Shown: one piece after another, positions 1 through 12,935 of the stretch
Layout: each line of letters starts with the position of its first letter
Numbering within the stretch: the first letter of the stretch is position 1
Source: Pavona decussata
Taxonomy: Eukaryota
Reading direction: 5' to 3'
Length of the DNA: 64,000 nt
Assembly: GCA_977016875.1 (NCBI GenBank)
Contig: CDRNST010000013.1
Location: 1,240,001-1,304,000, forward strand
Notes under the pieces: model-generated
What the model was told of the DNA's origin: nothing
The model's input: only the letters and a program-made list of their open reading frames with translations
The model's database searches: none
Translations under genes and position numbers: made by a program

Positions 1-599
1 TGGTTGGAATCGTGCTTTTATTCAACATTTTCAGTCTTTCAAGGGTTACAATTGCATCATTTGACCCTCAAAAGCATTGGTAGGTCCTCAAGAAAGAAAT
101 CTGTAGGATCCATCTGAAGGATTTCTCCAAAATTGAACAATTTAGGAGATTTTCTGGAGAAGTAAAGGGGCTTAAAGGGTTACTAGAGCTTTTATGGTAT
201 TTGTAGGTTCACTGATTATATCTGTTTTGTTATGGAAAAGTATCAATCTCGTCCAATTGATTATTAAATAAATACACAAATAAGCCAATGTCAAAGAAAA
301 CTTCTTTCTGTTGTTGTGTTGTCCTAGATGACATCCATGCTCCCCCACATCTAAACTTCCAGTGCAGCTTTAAGAAATCTGAGGTTGGAGATCACTCAAT
401 TAGAATTTCCAGGAACTGACCCCCCTTGGAGGGGGGGTATGGGTATGGATGTATTCTGCATACACTGTACAGGCATAGTCATCAGTATATGCTAATAACA
501 ATTCAATAACAATTTGTAAAATACATGGTTTGCCATACACTGAAAAGCTTTGAGGCCCAGTGATGAAATTCTCTATAATCCAGCTTGTGAAGATTTTTC

Positions 600-1200
600 T
601 TAAATCCTTTAAACTAGTTGTAGCCTGTCTGGCTTAACATCAAATGCTTTCATCCTATGTAAATCATTAGTGATACTGATAACGATCTCGTCTAGATGTT
701 TTGAGCTGTGACATCCACTTCTTGATTTGAGATCACAATCAATGTCAATCATGCTCAAAAAATCTTCTAGGGTTGACATATTGATTTAGGAATCCCTTGT
801 GCTGCATCTTCAGTTATGTTCGATCCAAGTTGTTTCAAAGCTATTTTCGTTTGTTTAAGTGTTCCATCCTGAGATCTAAAGGCACATTTCCACCAGCTTT
901 CCCAGAGTTTTTAAAGTATTGATTCTGTAGCACTTCAAAGGCAAGTTTCTCACTTAAAACAGCATATATTCTAGCAAGAAGCAACAGAACATGTGCATAT
1001 GTCACTCTACCATATGAATGCAACATGAGAACAGCAACGTTTAGACACTTGAGAAACCTTGCTGAATCACCCTTCTTCACTGAATCACTGAAGCATATCA
1101 TGAGCAGACCAAATGTCAATCGAGCACAGTGAAAATTGTGTATACCATCTTCTTGTCCTCAACTCCAGGATCTGCATGTTGTTCATTTTGTACATGATCC
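600..1200 (-). pseudogene. Decayed DUF6589-like (probably Academ-type) transposase C-terminal region
   Basis: ORF 841-1119 reads DSVKKGDSARF...YAHVLL...NSGKAGGNVPLDLRMEHLNK, matching the D(A/S)V(R/K)EGD...KYA...N..G..G.N.PLDL..EHLN pattern. It has stops and is cut upstream by a LINE tail. Boundaries approximate. Confidence 0.6.
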
Positions 1201-1202
1201 TT

Positions 1203-1209
1203 ATTGTAT

Positions 1210-1257
<48 letters not shown>

Positions 1258-1351
1258 GGCTTTATTCAATCTAAGGATAAAATACATATCCTAAGTTACA
1301 GTGAAAAAGTAAAAATACACGATAAAATACAACAATAATACAGGATAGAAA

Positions 1352-1382
<31 letters not shown>

Positions 1383-1510
1383 TCTATTTACAAAAGTTTT
1401 CTTGAATCTCTCTGTTTTTATCTTAGGAAGGTGACACCTTCTCCTACGCAAATTATATACTGGTTCCTTTTCATTGGGAATGATCGCACCTAGCATATGA
1501 TTATTAATAG
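1203..1510 (-). mobile_element. 5'-truncated non-LTR retrotransposon 3' end (L2/CR1-like) with (TTA)n tail
   Basis: C-terminal peptide YNLRRRRCHLPKIKTERFKKTFVNR, then a T-rich UTR, AATAAA and an (AAT)n array at about 1211-1257 on +. Confidence 0.7.
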
Positions 1511-1972
1511 TCTCCCAATGTGCCCATTGCTCATTCTCACGGTCATCTCGCTCATGCCTGAGTGAAGATAAGCCAAACGCAATTTGAGTCTCCATTATGG
1601 ATGGGCAGTTTGCAAATCTAATGTTAGTACATGTAAATGACCATATCCCTGAAGAGACCACAACATGTAATCCCTGTTGTGTAATTTCATTCCTCGGTAA
1701 GTGGAGACAACATTTATGAAATGTAAGTAATAACAATGGTATGTGTAATTCATATTGTATGCTATGCAGATGTCGGACGGGGTGAAAATCAGATTCCACC
1801 CTGTCCATGATAACAATTTGGTATATTTGCAGAATTTCTTTTGGTTATTTTTTTGTTCCATGCCTGAAATAAGCACCGGCCATGTGTTCCAGAATTTTTT
1901 GCTGTACTTTTACCTCATAACTTTAAAAGTGCCTGAAGGAAATACTGAAAGAGAGGAAAGGCGTCCTCTAAG

Positions 1973-2779
1973 TGTAACCGATGGCAGTGCGAGTGGTCTA
2001 GCGCCGCCAACGGCAGGAGTGCACGAGCAATGACACAACAGACATGAATTCGTGGATGCAAGGAGTGGGCTTAAAAGAACATTTATTACAGTGAACCCTA
2101 AGCTAATTACAACAAAATGGAAAGAAACGAAAGGAACTAATAATCAAAAAAAAAAGAAATGTTATAAAAACACAAGAACGTACAAAATGGACTATTACAA
2201 AAACGGGATTATAAAAAGCGGAATGAGCATAACTGCCTCTGGGGAGCGAGCTTACACAGCTTACTCGAGCAACACTCTGCTCCACTCAAATAAACCAAGC
2301 TAAACAACTTGTATTTATACCGGAGTAAATACATACTACTTATGTGACAGGAAAAGGATTGTCTCAAAAACAAACAGACAGATTACATAACAACTACGTA
2401 CAATTTCTTCACACACTACTTGATAATAAGATTAAAATAGGAACGCCCTAATGACCTACTGATGATATCATGCAGTGTTGCTACAAGAAACAGAAAACTG
2501 TCTTGTAATCCCACATACAAGGAAACCAAGCCTAGGAAATAGTGAACCTAAGCAATGTAACACAATACGTGATAAATTAAACCAAATTAAACTCCCACTG
2601 ATATGTGACAATAGAACTCTCCAGACTGTGAATGTAAACCAGCTCCACTCACGTCTGCAAATGGTCAACGATAAAACATAAACACTCTAGACTACTATAC
2701 GTGACACGAAAATATTCTAAAAAGATCTTAGAAATAATTCAGAAATTGCCTTTGGGAACTGCAAAGTGACTCGGTCACA
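1973..2779 (-). mobile_element. Solo LTR (807 bp)
   Basis: TGTAACCG...CGGTCACA termini with a 4-bp TSD TAAG (1969-1972 / 2780-2783). A TATA-like GGTATAAATA and a downstream AATAAA on the minus strand suggest the orientation. Confidence 0.7.
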
Positions 2780-3893
2780 TAAGTCTCTCAAAACTTTAGT
2801 AATTTCAGCCAAACAATTACAATGACTTGTAGCATCTTCAATAAAAACCCAAAATTTGAAATAAGCATCGTGGGTGCTATACTCTACAATTTATGGTATT
2901 GGTACATTACATGAACAATTGTGTTGTACCTGTTTTGTGCTGGTTTTCTTTTGTATGTGTTTCCACAATGGAATCAGCAAATGTAATAACCAAACTCGTC
3001 GATCACTTCTGTAGAGGCAGGTACCTGTCCATGTTGAGTTCTCTCATGACTAACAAGACAGGTTAAAAAAGAACAACTTGTGAACAGAGAGGGAAATGAT
3101 GACATAATGACAGCCAAGTAGAGATATTCTAGTTCCTTCATTCAACAAGTTGTTAATACCTCTCTATGTATTATCCACCAAAGGAAGTAAAGTACAACTC
3201 GAAGGCATTCAAGACGTGAAAATAAGTCAAATGCTGACTGTAATATACTGTTTTGTTACAAGGCTTATGCAAAGATTTTGCATTCATTTTATGTGAAGTG
3301 CACAGCTGCACTCATTCACGACACACCTTAGCAACTTGATGTAAGGTGTCTTACGTGCTGTTGAGATATGGGTGACATCTAAATCAAAGTATTCACACAT
3401 TTTGTGGAGCATGGCGATGATAAGCTTCTTGAATCCATTCCACGCGTTTAAGTTACAGAGGCTAAATGATTCAAAAGTGACTGGATGGGATAACAAACAC
3501 TGGTCAAGAATAGTTTGGCTAATTACCTCAATCTATTCTGTAAATAGTAGTAACATTGACCTATTACCAACTTTCTACAGAAGCTGAATTAGAAACTTGA
3601 TGGGAAAGAACCAACTTGGTACATTGAGAACAAATGGTGGAGGGGGAAGAGGGCGAGCTCAAACATGCAGCCACGAAGAGGATGCAAATGCACAGCTTGA
3701 ATAAAGCTATGATTAAAGACATGAAATATCCCCTGCAAAATACATGATAAGCTCAGGTCACATGGGACACCTACTCTCATGTGTTCCTTAAACATTGAAA
3801 TTCATCATTTTTTGAATCGCAAGCCTTGAAACATTAAATGACTGGAGGGTAAAAACACATGTACAGAAATCTAGAAGTTACAATGAACAACTT

Positions 3894-4056
3894 TTATTGT
3901 TCATCATCTTCAAAGCCATGATATTGCCTACTTTCACTTGGAAAGGCTGTCCTTATTGCTTTGTAGGCACAGCATGGCAAAGGATGGCGCTTGGATTGAC
4001 GAGCAAAATCCCATAGAATGCAAGTAAATTGTCTGTAAGACACTGAACGAAGAAAC
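3894..4056 (-). pseudogene. Terminal exon of a KolX / P2RX7 C-terminal-like protein (Kolobok accessory protein)
   Basis: Acceptor tttatttatag followed by FLRSVSYRQFTCILWDFARQSKRHPLPCCAYKAIRTAFPSESRQYHGF, the R..AYRQF...R.PLP.C....IR..FP....Y.GF motif. Confidence 0.7.
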
Positions 4057-5410
4057 CTATAAATAAACAAAAACAAATAGTTTACTCCATTCATCCCCAT
4101 CTGGTCTTTTCTACTTTAAATAGTTCTGTTTCATGTGCTCAAAACAAAGGGTATCATCAAATGTTAACTGTTACATAGTTCTTTTTTTTAGATAAAAGGC
4201 TTTCACAATAACAATATCAATATCCATATTTGACCTTAGAAGTAGTTTATCACCGATCAATCGATCAATCAAAGACCTTATTTTACTTCAAATTTTAGAT
4301 AGCAAATATGCTATCTCCAAACTTCACTAAAATTTATAAGTCATTAAAATGCATAAATAAATACATTCGAATTCATCAATCAAATAATGTGAAAATAAAT
4401 AAATAAAATATACATTTATGTAAATAATATCACCAGCTACAATAAAAGTAGCCATACAGTTTCGAGACTAGCATTGCTCACAAAAAAGAACAGCATCCAT
4501 TGTCCAAGTAAACAGTTTTCAGTGCAGTTTTGAAAGCAGCAAGAGAAGTACACATGTAAGTAAATTATATTTTTTGAGTGCTTAAGTGAGGACTTCTGTC
4601 CAACATTAATACGGGCTTACTAGCCCTGTGAAGGAAGTTTGGTTTTCCAAAGTAGTAAGCCCGGGGAAATGTCAGACAGAAGTTCTCACTTTAGCACTCA
4701 AAAAATATAATTCAATTACACTTCTTCTGCGTTATATGGGTGCTACGTGGCTCATACAGAGAAGTGGGCACACCAAAGATTATCAGGCAATGAGTTTCGT
4801 AGTTTGCTTGCATAATAACAAAATGATTGAATACCATACTTAGTTGTATTAACACTGGGAATAACTAGCCTGCATTTGCCCCGTAAAATGATGCTGGAGT
4901 GACCCTCAGTTAAAAGTTAAGAAAGATAGCTAGTAGCAGCATTGTTTAATGCTAAATTTACTAGTACAAGCATATTTATTCTGTGAGCTTGGCTGACATG
5001 TATCCTTAATTAAAAATATTTCATAAGAATTTTTAAAATCATTTAAAACTTAATGATGGATGGATTCATTAAGTCTCTTAAGCTTATTGGCATGCTTTCC
5101 ACAGTGGATCCAGTAAGATAAACTTGGAAGAAAATAAGCCTGATACAGCCTCCTCTTAGCTTGAGCAGGGAACAGGTGCTTGTATCACTTGGAAACTTGT
5201 AACTTGCTCCTAATCCTTTGTACAATCTCCTTAACATGAGTGTTGAAGTCAAAGCCATCATCAATTTTAACGGGGAGAGGTGTCTGTATCAGCGGTATCG
5301 ATTGCAATGCCATCAATGAAACAGAGATCTTCAATGTGGTTACCAAGCCACATAAAAACAAATAGCTCACCGTGATTCAGTTTTTGGACCTTGGCTGAAC
5401 AAGGTCCAGC

Positions 5411-5688
5411 GATGAAGTGAGAAAAAGGAGATGGAACTGGATCGGCCATGTGCTGAGGAAGGAACAAACGGACGACTGCGCTGTGGCCCTAGGGTGGACT
5501 CCGGAGGGAAGGAGGAGAGGCCGCCCCAAAACAACATGGCGATGCATGGTGGAGGTGGAGTGGAACAGTGACGGCTGGAACTCTTGGAGTGCGGCGTGCC
5601 ATGCAGCCTCAGACTGACCCCAGTGGAAGGCTGATGTCCTGGCCTTATGTGCCTCCTGGTACTGAGAGAGTTAAGGTAAGGTTAAGGC
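5411..5688 (+). mobile_element. RTE-clade LINE 3' fragment
   Basis: RRWNWIGHVLRK...ALGWTPEGRRRGRPKTTW is a typical RTE C-terminus, followed by a short (GTAAG)-like repeat tail. Confidence 0.8.
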
Positions 5689-6879
5689 ACTGTTATTAAA
5701 TACTGTAAGAACATTATACTGTAAATAATAAACTGACAACGAACCAAGAGTGAATTACCAATTACCTTCACTGTCTTCTACCTCACTAAAGTCTGCATTA
5801 AATCTCAAATTGGAACCGTTTTCCCAAGAATTGGATCAAGAACTTGAACGAATTGACATATTTCTGTGCTCAAAAGTGGCTGAAGCAAGGCTTAAAGCTA
5901 AAATTTTGATGATAACATGACATCACCAGTTCAAAGCCACTGACAGGAATTTGTAGGCTCACGTAGTTGCTGTTTCGATAATGGCAGACATAATTTACCC
6001 ATATTTTCGCGGCTTTGGGAAGGGAACTGCTTTGTCAGATTGGTGGAAAAAGTATTTTTAGGTTTACAAGTTCTTGTAGGTTTTAGGTCTGAACATTAAT
6101 TTTGGGCACAAAAATTTCACATAGAAAAAGGCTGATTTTCGTCACAGTGGGTGGAAGTAATAAGTTTTTGTTATTCTGATTGTATTCCTGACATTTTGAA
6201 GGTACCTTACATAAGATGAGTTAATTGCTGATATGAGGGTTTCTATGTGTGGTTTGGTCATTGCATACTGCAATATGGATTGAGGCATTGAGTGAATGTG
6301 AAGAGGTAGGTTGCAATATGCAGGTGGGGCATTTCATCAGTTTTATATTAGTTGAGGTTAGGTAAGTAATCTGTTTGTTGCATTTGGTGCAGGACAACCT
6401 TTCTCGTTTCATAGCACCTTCACATCTTTTTCAGTTCCGTTGCTGTCACTCAACTTCAGTATCTATGAGCTTGTCTGTATTTTTCTCATACTAAACCTTC
6501 TTTTGTTCCTTTCTTTTTTCAGCTCTCTGCCCTCTCTACTGCTCAATTTTAGAAAGGTTGTTCGAAGATTCCTTGGAACAACGATTTACCATATTTTTAT
6601 GCTAATTTATTCCACTTAATCCTCTGGACCCCCACTTGCCCATTGCCTTCCACGTGGGAGAATTTGAGAATTTCTTTTCACATATCACTTCACTTTCACT
6701 TTTCACTTTATTTGCCACTTTTTCTTACTTCCATCAGTGGAGTCTACAATAATATTGCTTATTTAGTAGCAGGATGATCTGAGCAAGCTTGTGAGATATT
6801 TTCAGGGGAGATTACCCTAGGTTCTATTGGTTTTGTAGTGCACCGTGATGATTTGTTGTTGTGTAACCAGTAAGGAGTC

Positions 6880-8185
6880 ACGAACATAACCAACCGGCCA
6901 ACCAAACTCTAAATAGTCACAAACTGTTATCCTCATAATCAGCCAACAAAGTCCGCCAAAGCAGAATATTCAGCCTGAAAGGAACGGAAAGACAACAAAC
7001 TTGATAATTAATAGTGCCCGAGACGTGAACTGTGTAAGAAGATGGCATAAGCAGGATCAAAATCGACCGGCGCGGGCGAAGAAGAATAGCCATCATGATC
7101 CGTAGGGAAAAATTGAAAAACATCGGTAGAGCAACTAACATGAAACGGAGCTGAAGCAACGAGGTCATGGTCAACAATCCCAGGTGGGGATAAGTCTTGA
7201 AGAGAGTCTAGCATAAAAACATAAGAGTCATCAAAATCATGAGCCACGACAGTAACGTTCGAGGAATCACAAGTCAGTAAGTCACGAGATGAGTCTTGCG
7301 TTACCTCAACGAGAGCACTAAAACAGCCACGTTCCAATCCATGGAAATCAATGTCCATTGTACAATCTTGCGAAGGGAACGAAACAGTAGAACAAGGAGA
7401 CAACGAGGTCATGCTGCACAGAGTACATGCACAAGATAGTCGCGAGGAATTGCCAGATACCGCAGGGGGGGTTAATGTCTGAATTCTCCCGATGAACACA
7501 TTTCTTCCACTCGTTGACTTCGCTGTGCAACGAACCAGAATTATCACTTGGGAAGTGACATGTGCCACGCTGATAATCCCGGCAAAATAACAGCACCATG
7601 GTAAGCCAACACGGCGTGCCACTCAGAAGTCATTGCTAAATACATCAAATGAATCAAAGGTGCTTCCCACACTTGTTTCTCTGTCGTTGCTAACTTACGA
7701 GAATGCAAAATTGTGGTGTAACCAGCCACAAATTCCTCTATCGTTAACTGATCGTAAGTGACATCATTAGAACAGGCTGCGACGTCCAATTTGCTATGAG
7801 GCCATGATTGTGGACGAACAGCTTTACTGGTAGGCTAAACTGTTTCGCCAGAACGTAAGGACTTACCAGTGGAGCGACGAGAGGCCCTGTTAGAATCATT
7901 GGAATTCTCATCCTGGCCGTAAGTGCCATCAGAAGAACTGTCGTCTTCAACGTCAAGCTGTGCGAAACGTTGGGCTACACGATCTTGTAGTGTTTCCTCC
8001 TTTCATAAGTCATCTAAGGTCTTAAGACATGATTCAGTTGCAGAAACATGTACAGGGACTGCTGCCAAAGTCGAAGGAGCCAAGGTCAACGTCGAGGACT
8101 TTGAAAGAACCGCTTTTTGGCTTTGGAGTTGTTTGAGTGCCTCTTGTTTGAGTGCTTGCAACTCCTCCTTCTGTTGTAAAACAAC
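6880..8185 (-). mobile_element. DIRS-group retroelement remnant (gag-like region plus start of RT region), decayed
   Basis: YDQLTIEEFVAGY...HLMYLA...W.AVLAYHGAV gag-like motif, then RLNILLWRTLLADYED.. resembling the N-terminal part of DIRS-type RT ORFs. Frameshifted. Confidence 0.55.
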
Positions 8186-8815
8186 ACCCCCGGCTTCCTT
8201 TTGAATTTTGTTGATTATTTGTTTTGCACTATTCTTGTCACCCATTTCTCTCATTCTCTCCAATACACTTTGCTTCATTCTCACTTGTGGTACTGAGGAA
8301 CGTTTCTTTCTGATTCCTTGGTTGGCGAAGACTGCTTTTGCCTCATCAGGGGTCATATTAACGGTATATTGGACAATCGCAAATCGCAAAAACTTCCCTT
8401 CGTGTTCAACTTTTGCTATCATGCGGTGAAAGGTTTTGTTTTTTCTTGTCCAACTATACTGCCGTCTTATGACAAAGTGGTCGAAAGATGTCTGGGGCGT
8501 TGATCTGGTTTCGGTGTCCCGCTCATCCTTCCTATTAATGACACTGACTCTTCCCTGCTCATCGAGGAAAACCTGAAAGTCCTCAGAACGAGGACTAGAA
8601 TGAGCACCATAAACTCTGTTGTCATCTACCGTCAAGTCCTTATAGTGGACTGCCTCTAGGTCAACAATCAAAATTGAGCTTTCTGTTATGCCAGCCGGTA
8701 CTTTTGTACATACTTTCGTATCTGAAGCATTACCCTCGATACAAATTTGTAAAATTTCTGTAGAAGTAATTCCCGATTTTGATCTTTTGTATACGGGAAA
8801 GCCATTTATGACACC
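8186..8815 (-). pseudogene. Exon of an unknown, probably transposon-derived protein (possibly MULE-like N-terminal domain)
   Basis: Acceptor ttttaattcactttcag at 8816-8832, then about 210 open codons (VCTKVP...IVDL...DLTVDDN.VY...RRQY...FHRMI...IVQY...N.G..K...P..R.K.SVL). Truncated by the DIRS-like insertion. Confidence 0.4.
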
Positions 8816-9770
8816 TGAAAGTGAATTAAAATGAAGGTAAATATATGAAAACGATATATGTAAACTGCGGATAAAACTTGAGTGAATGGAGTGGAAAGAG
8901 AAACCTGCATGGCAATGGATATGACCGAAGAAGTTACAGACTCAGCAACTTCCCGCTTATTTATGTTTCCATATATAAGGCGAGTTTTTTAGATTATTCA
9001 TGGCAGACACCTAAAATAGGTCGCGGTGGCAGGAGCCGTTTAAAACATTTTGCTTGCCATTTCTTCTACGTGTGTGTTGGTAGATACAATGTTAAGACTA
9101 TTTAAGCCTATTGGCTAATGCACCCAAAGGAAGTTGATTGATCGACCAATACAAAGACCCTAAATGCACTTACTGGTATATACAAACTGACACTGAGTCA
9201 AATCTTGGCCATCAGAGTCACTTTCATCCTCAATGTGTCTTTTGCGAGAGCAACTTGTTTGTCTCTGCTAAGGAGAAAGCACAATTAGTTACTTTACAAA
9301 TAAGCTTTTTATGCAAAATTGCGTGCGATTTTAAGAATTTACGTTTTTGTTTTATCTTGAGTCCCGCGTTGTTTTATGTATAGTAGCGCTATATATTTTT
9401 ACGCGTTGTTTGAATTTTGACTCAAAATACAGCATGTCAGCTACTTTGAGAGCTGTACACACCGGTGCATGCACAGGCAAACAACCTTTATAGAATAATT
9501 CCTACACAACTGCACAACCGAAGATATTAACATACCTTACTCAAAGACAAGTGATCAACAGTGTCTGATGCAGGGCAGCTATCTCCATCTTTACTCCTAG
9601 GTGGTGGAGATGAGGAAACATCTTGCTCCTCACTTAAATCAATAAAGACGGAATCTACCGTTTGACGCCTTCTGCCACAACCAGCGGGTTCCGTGCCTGA
9701 TAAATCATTTGCGTCGTCCACGATAACAACCTTGGTGGGACGCTGTCCACCACTTGCTTGGGAAGTCACA

Positions 9771-10230
9771 TCTGACTGTCCATTGGAATCGTCTCTGGGG
9801 TGTCCACTGTCAACGGCGGCTGCACTAACACCAGATCAGTCATCTGTCCTGCTACACTTAGGTACTGAATGTTCACTGGCATCGTCTCTGGGGCAGCCAC
9901 TGCCAGCGGCGGCTGCACTAACACCTGATCCATCATCTGTCCTGCTACGCTTAGGTACTTAATGTTCACTGGAATCGTCTCCTGGGCAGCTGCACTGACA
10001 CCTGATCGGTCATCTTTCCTGCTACACTTAGGTACTGAATGTTCACTGGCATCGTCTATGGGGCGTCCACTGCCAGAAGCGGGTACACTAACACCTGATC
10101 GGTCATCTTTCCTGCTACGCTTAGGTACTGAATGTTCACTGGCGTCGTCTCTGGGGCGTCCACTGCCAGCAGAAGCTGCATTAACAACTGATCGATCATC
10201 TGTCCTGCTACACTTAGGTACTGAATGTTG
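9771..10230. repeat. 93-bp tandem repeat, about 5 units, one unit with a 16-bp deletion
   Basis: The anchor ACT(G/T)AATG recurs at 9864, 9957, 10034, 10127 and 10220. Confidence 0.9.
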
Positions 10231-10713
10231 ACTTGAATAATATCTGGAATGAACTGAGTAAAATCAGTGCTAATAGTTACGAAACGTCAAGATGCATATA
10301 AATTTTAAATGTGCCGCATATCGGTTTGGAAAGTTTGCATTATTCCCAAAAAATAGTTCTACTAACTATGCTGGACTGGCGGTTTAGGACTGGCACTAGA
10401 TACCTACGCGTGGGTGTTCAAACAGTACAAAATTCTCTAAAACAGCTCACTATAAAATACCGTACGCAACAATCCATTAGCAATGGTTCTAGATTTTCAT
10501 TAGTGAAGTGTTACCGCCACCATCGACACCCCCCTCTCCCCCCCACCACAACTTCCGACCCATCCTATAATATGGCAGAATTTTATTCTAGTCGTCGATT
10601 ATTCAATTTCTATATTAAGCATAATATATTCTAACTTAGTACCAGGCAGTTGTGAGGAAACTATACTGAAAAAGTGGGATGAGCAAACTAAATAGCACCA
10701 GGCAATGCAACAA

Positions 10714-11483
10714 CAGACTGCAAAACAGTTGTTTTATTTTGCATATCTCCGTCATACTAGGGTGCGGTCTTTGAATGGAAGCTGGAAGGTCAGTGAAGCT
10801 GGAAGGTCAGCTGGAAGATCTCAAATACTCCCTTGCTTAACTGGGTTTAAGGTTAAGATAAAAATTAAATTTGAAACAGAAAAATATATCTGTACTCAGA
10901 ACAACACCCTTATTAAATTTAACAAAAAATGGGCAACGATCTGTGGTCTTTAATTTTCATATTTATGTTTTATTTAATATTCTTTACGTAACATTATTAA
11001 TTTATAATACGTAACTTGTAGTTTTAATAAATAACAGGGAAGGAAGATAAATGATAAGTGTATTATAATTAAGTATTGCATTTTTTTTGTTAGCAGTCGT
11101 TCTAATTAGTGTTATAGGCATTGTGCACACTCCATTTTTTTGTATTGTTAATAGTAAATTGATTGTATGTAGCTTTTCTTTTCATAACTTCATTTTTTTT
11201 TGTGCAGAGACTGTATTTTGAAAATGTGAGTAGTGCAATTTAGGTTTAGTTATTGTAAGTTATGCTATGGTATTGTAAGTAACGCGTGGTATTGTTTAAT
11301 TAGTAAGAAATGTTAGTATTGTAAGTTATGTTTTGTTATGAATAAACTTGCATTAATTTAAAAAAAATGAAACGCCTCAGGGAGCACTTTGCCCGCCTTA
11401 CACGCCCCTGCGGCCTGTAAGGCTCGCGTGATGTGCGCTTTGCGCCGACGAGTCCAACGAGAAAACGACTGTTTTGCAGTCTA
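10714..11483. mobile_element. Academ-type non-autonomous TIR element carrying later insertions
   Basis: TIRs CAGACTGCAAAACAGT / ACTGTTTTGCAGTCTA and a 9-bp TSD ATGCAACAA / ATGTAACAA (1 mismatch). Confidence 0.7.
11085..11368 (+). mobile_element. 3' UTR and poly(A) of a Tx1/L1-like LINE, same family as 18573-21524
   Basis: Shares long blocks (e.g. GGTATTGTTTAATTAGTAAGAAATGTTAGTATTGTAAGTTATGTTTTGTT) with 21260-21524. Ends AATAAA...A-run. Confidence 0.8.
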
Positions 11484-11739
11484 ATGTAACAAGGGGAGGG
11501 GATATAGTAAAGTCAGTCCAATTCCTAAGTTACCCAAGAATACATGCGAGATGAATAGGAGGGTCTTTTCTCATACTAGTTGTTTAATGTGTTTGAGTTT
11601 AAAAGGCAAACATATTTAGAGGCATGGACAAAATGATTACTGCAAGCGATTAGCAAAGTTAATCCAACGCATTCGAAAGAAATGTTTACAGCACTTACTT
11701 AGATTGACTTGTAATAACTGCGAGTGACTGGCATACGTC

Positions 11740-12935
11740 TTGTTTTACGCCTTGGTGGTGCAGTCTTTTCCAAAGCCAGGTGCAGAGAGATCCACACTTC
11801 CGACGTGTTCTTCTTTCCAATCAACAACAGCCCCATACCTTTCCCAGGTTCCAAAGTCACTGGGTGTGTATTGATCAAGTAAGGCCTACCATCACGACAC
11901 CCAACCGTTAAGCTTGGTTCACACTTGTGACAACTCTTTAATAGTCACTGCATCCACACATTCAATCATTCTTGACTGATACCTTATAAACTCATTTTCT
12001 GTCAGTTCAATGTTGCCATTTCCTGTAACATTTTTTTTCCAATGAGTCACCTAGGTCCTTATCATTTATCTCGACAACACCTTCTGTATAAAATATCAGA
12101 GGATTGAATGGGTCACCTTCAAATAACCTAGCATTGACATTAGTTTCTTCTGGTGCAAGCCAAATGTGACAGCAAACGTCTGAAGATTACTCAGATACTT
12201 GACCAGAGGAAGCACGTCACTTGTCATTCTCAGGCAGCCTGTTGAAGAGTCGACCACAAAGGCTGTTTTCCCTAAAGCAATTACACCCGTTGGCTGGACT
12301 TATTGGGCACATTTGCCATCCCTCGTTCCTTTGCCATTTCCGGAAAACCTGCTGCATTCACGGGTTGCAGGGTTCCATACATTCAATGAATGGTTGCCAA
12401 CATAGCTGAAAAGAATCTTATCGTCCTAAACTGTTAGACTGTGTACTTTAGAGCACTCTGTCCCGTTTCCAATAACCTTCTCAAATGTCCTGTCTTCAAG
12501 ATTAACAGTAAAGATTCCACCATCATTGTCGTGCGAGGCTGTGTACAGCTCATCATTGAGAATAGCCATTCCGTAGAGAAGGCCACAATCTAATGGAATT
12601 TGAGCAATAACTTTCCCTTTCAAGCTCACAAGATTAGACTCCACTTGGACCTTGAATACTGTCCCTTGCTTTGTAGATGCATACAAATAGCCATCTTTGT
12701 CAAAGACCAAAGCTAAATGATTCTGTATGTTGTGATTTATTTGAAGCTTGTTTGAACATGCCGTACCTCTTCTTGACATTCTCTCTTTGAGGACTCTTTG
12801 CAGCTTCTCTTTCAACGGTTTCTTCGTTTTCCTCTTGTCACCTTCCTCCCAAGCACCTGTTTTCTTTAGTTTCTCTCGTAATTGCGGAACTGTTAACTTG
12901 TTTGGATCAACAATAGTTTGGCCAGTAAGGTCTTT
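11740..12935 (-). pseudogene. Decayed ORF with SAP-like motif and NHL/beta-propeller repeats
   Basis: KLTVPQLREKLKK (SAP-like); ALVFDKDGYLY; after in-frame stops, SGNGKGTRDG...QPTG...VVDS (NHL-like). Truncated 5' by the DIRS-like element. Confidence 0.5.

Noticed and set aside
3284-3600. Short ORF ending KTPYIKLL...ECSC
   Set aside because: It looks like a decayed repeat-derived C-terminus, but the family could not be assigned.
3894-4100. Host P2RX7 gene
   Set aside because: Only the C-terminal KolX-like motif is present, with no P2X channel exons. The ORF's first residues are intronic.
8003-8671. 222-aa ORF as one protein
   Set aside because: It is a chance read-through from the unknown exon into the DIRS-like gag remnant near 8185.
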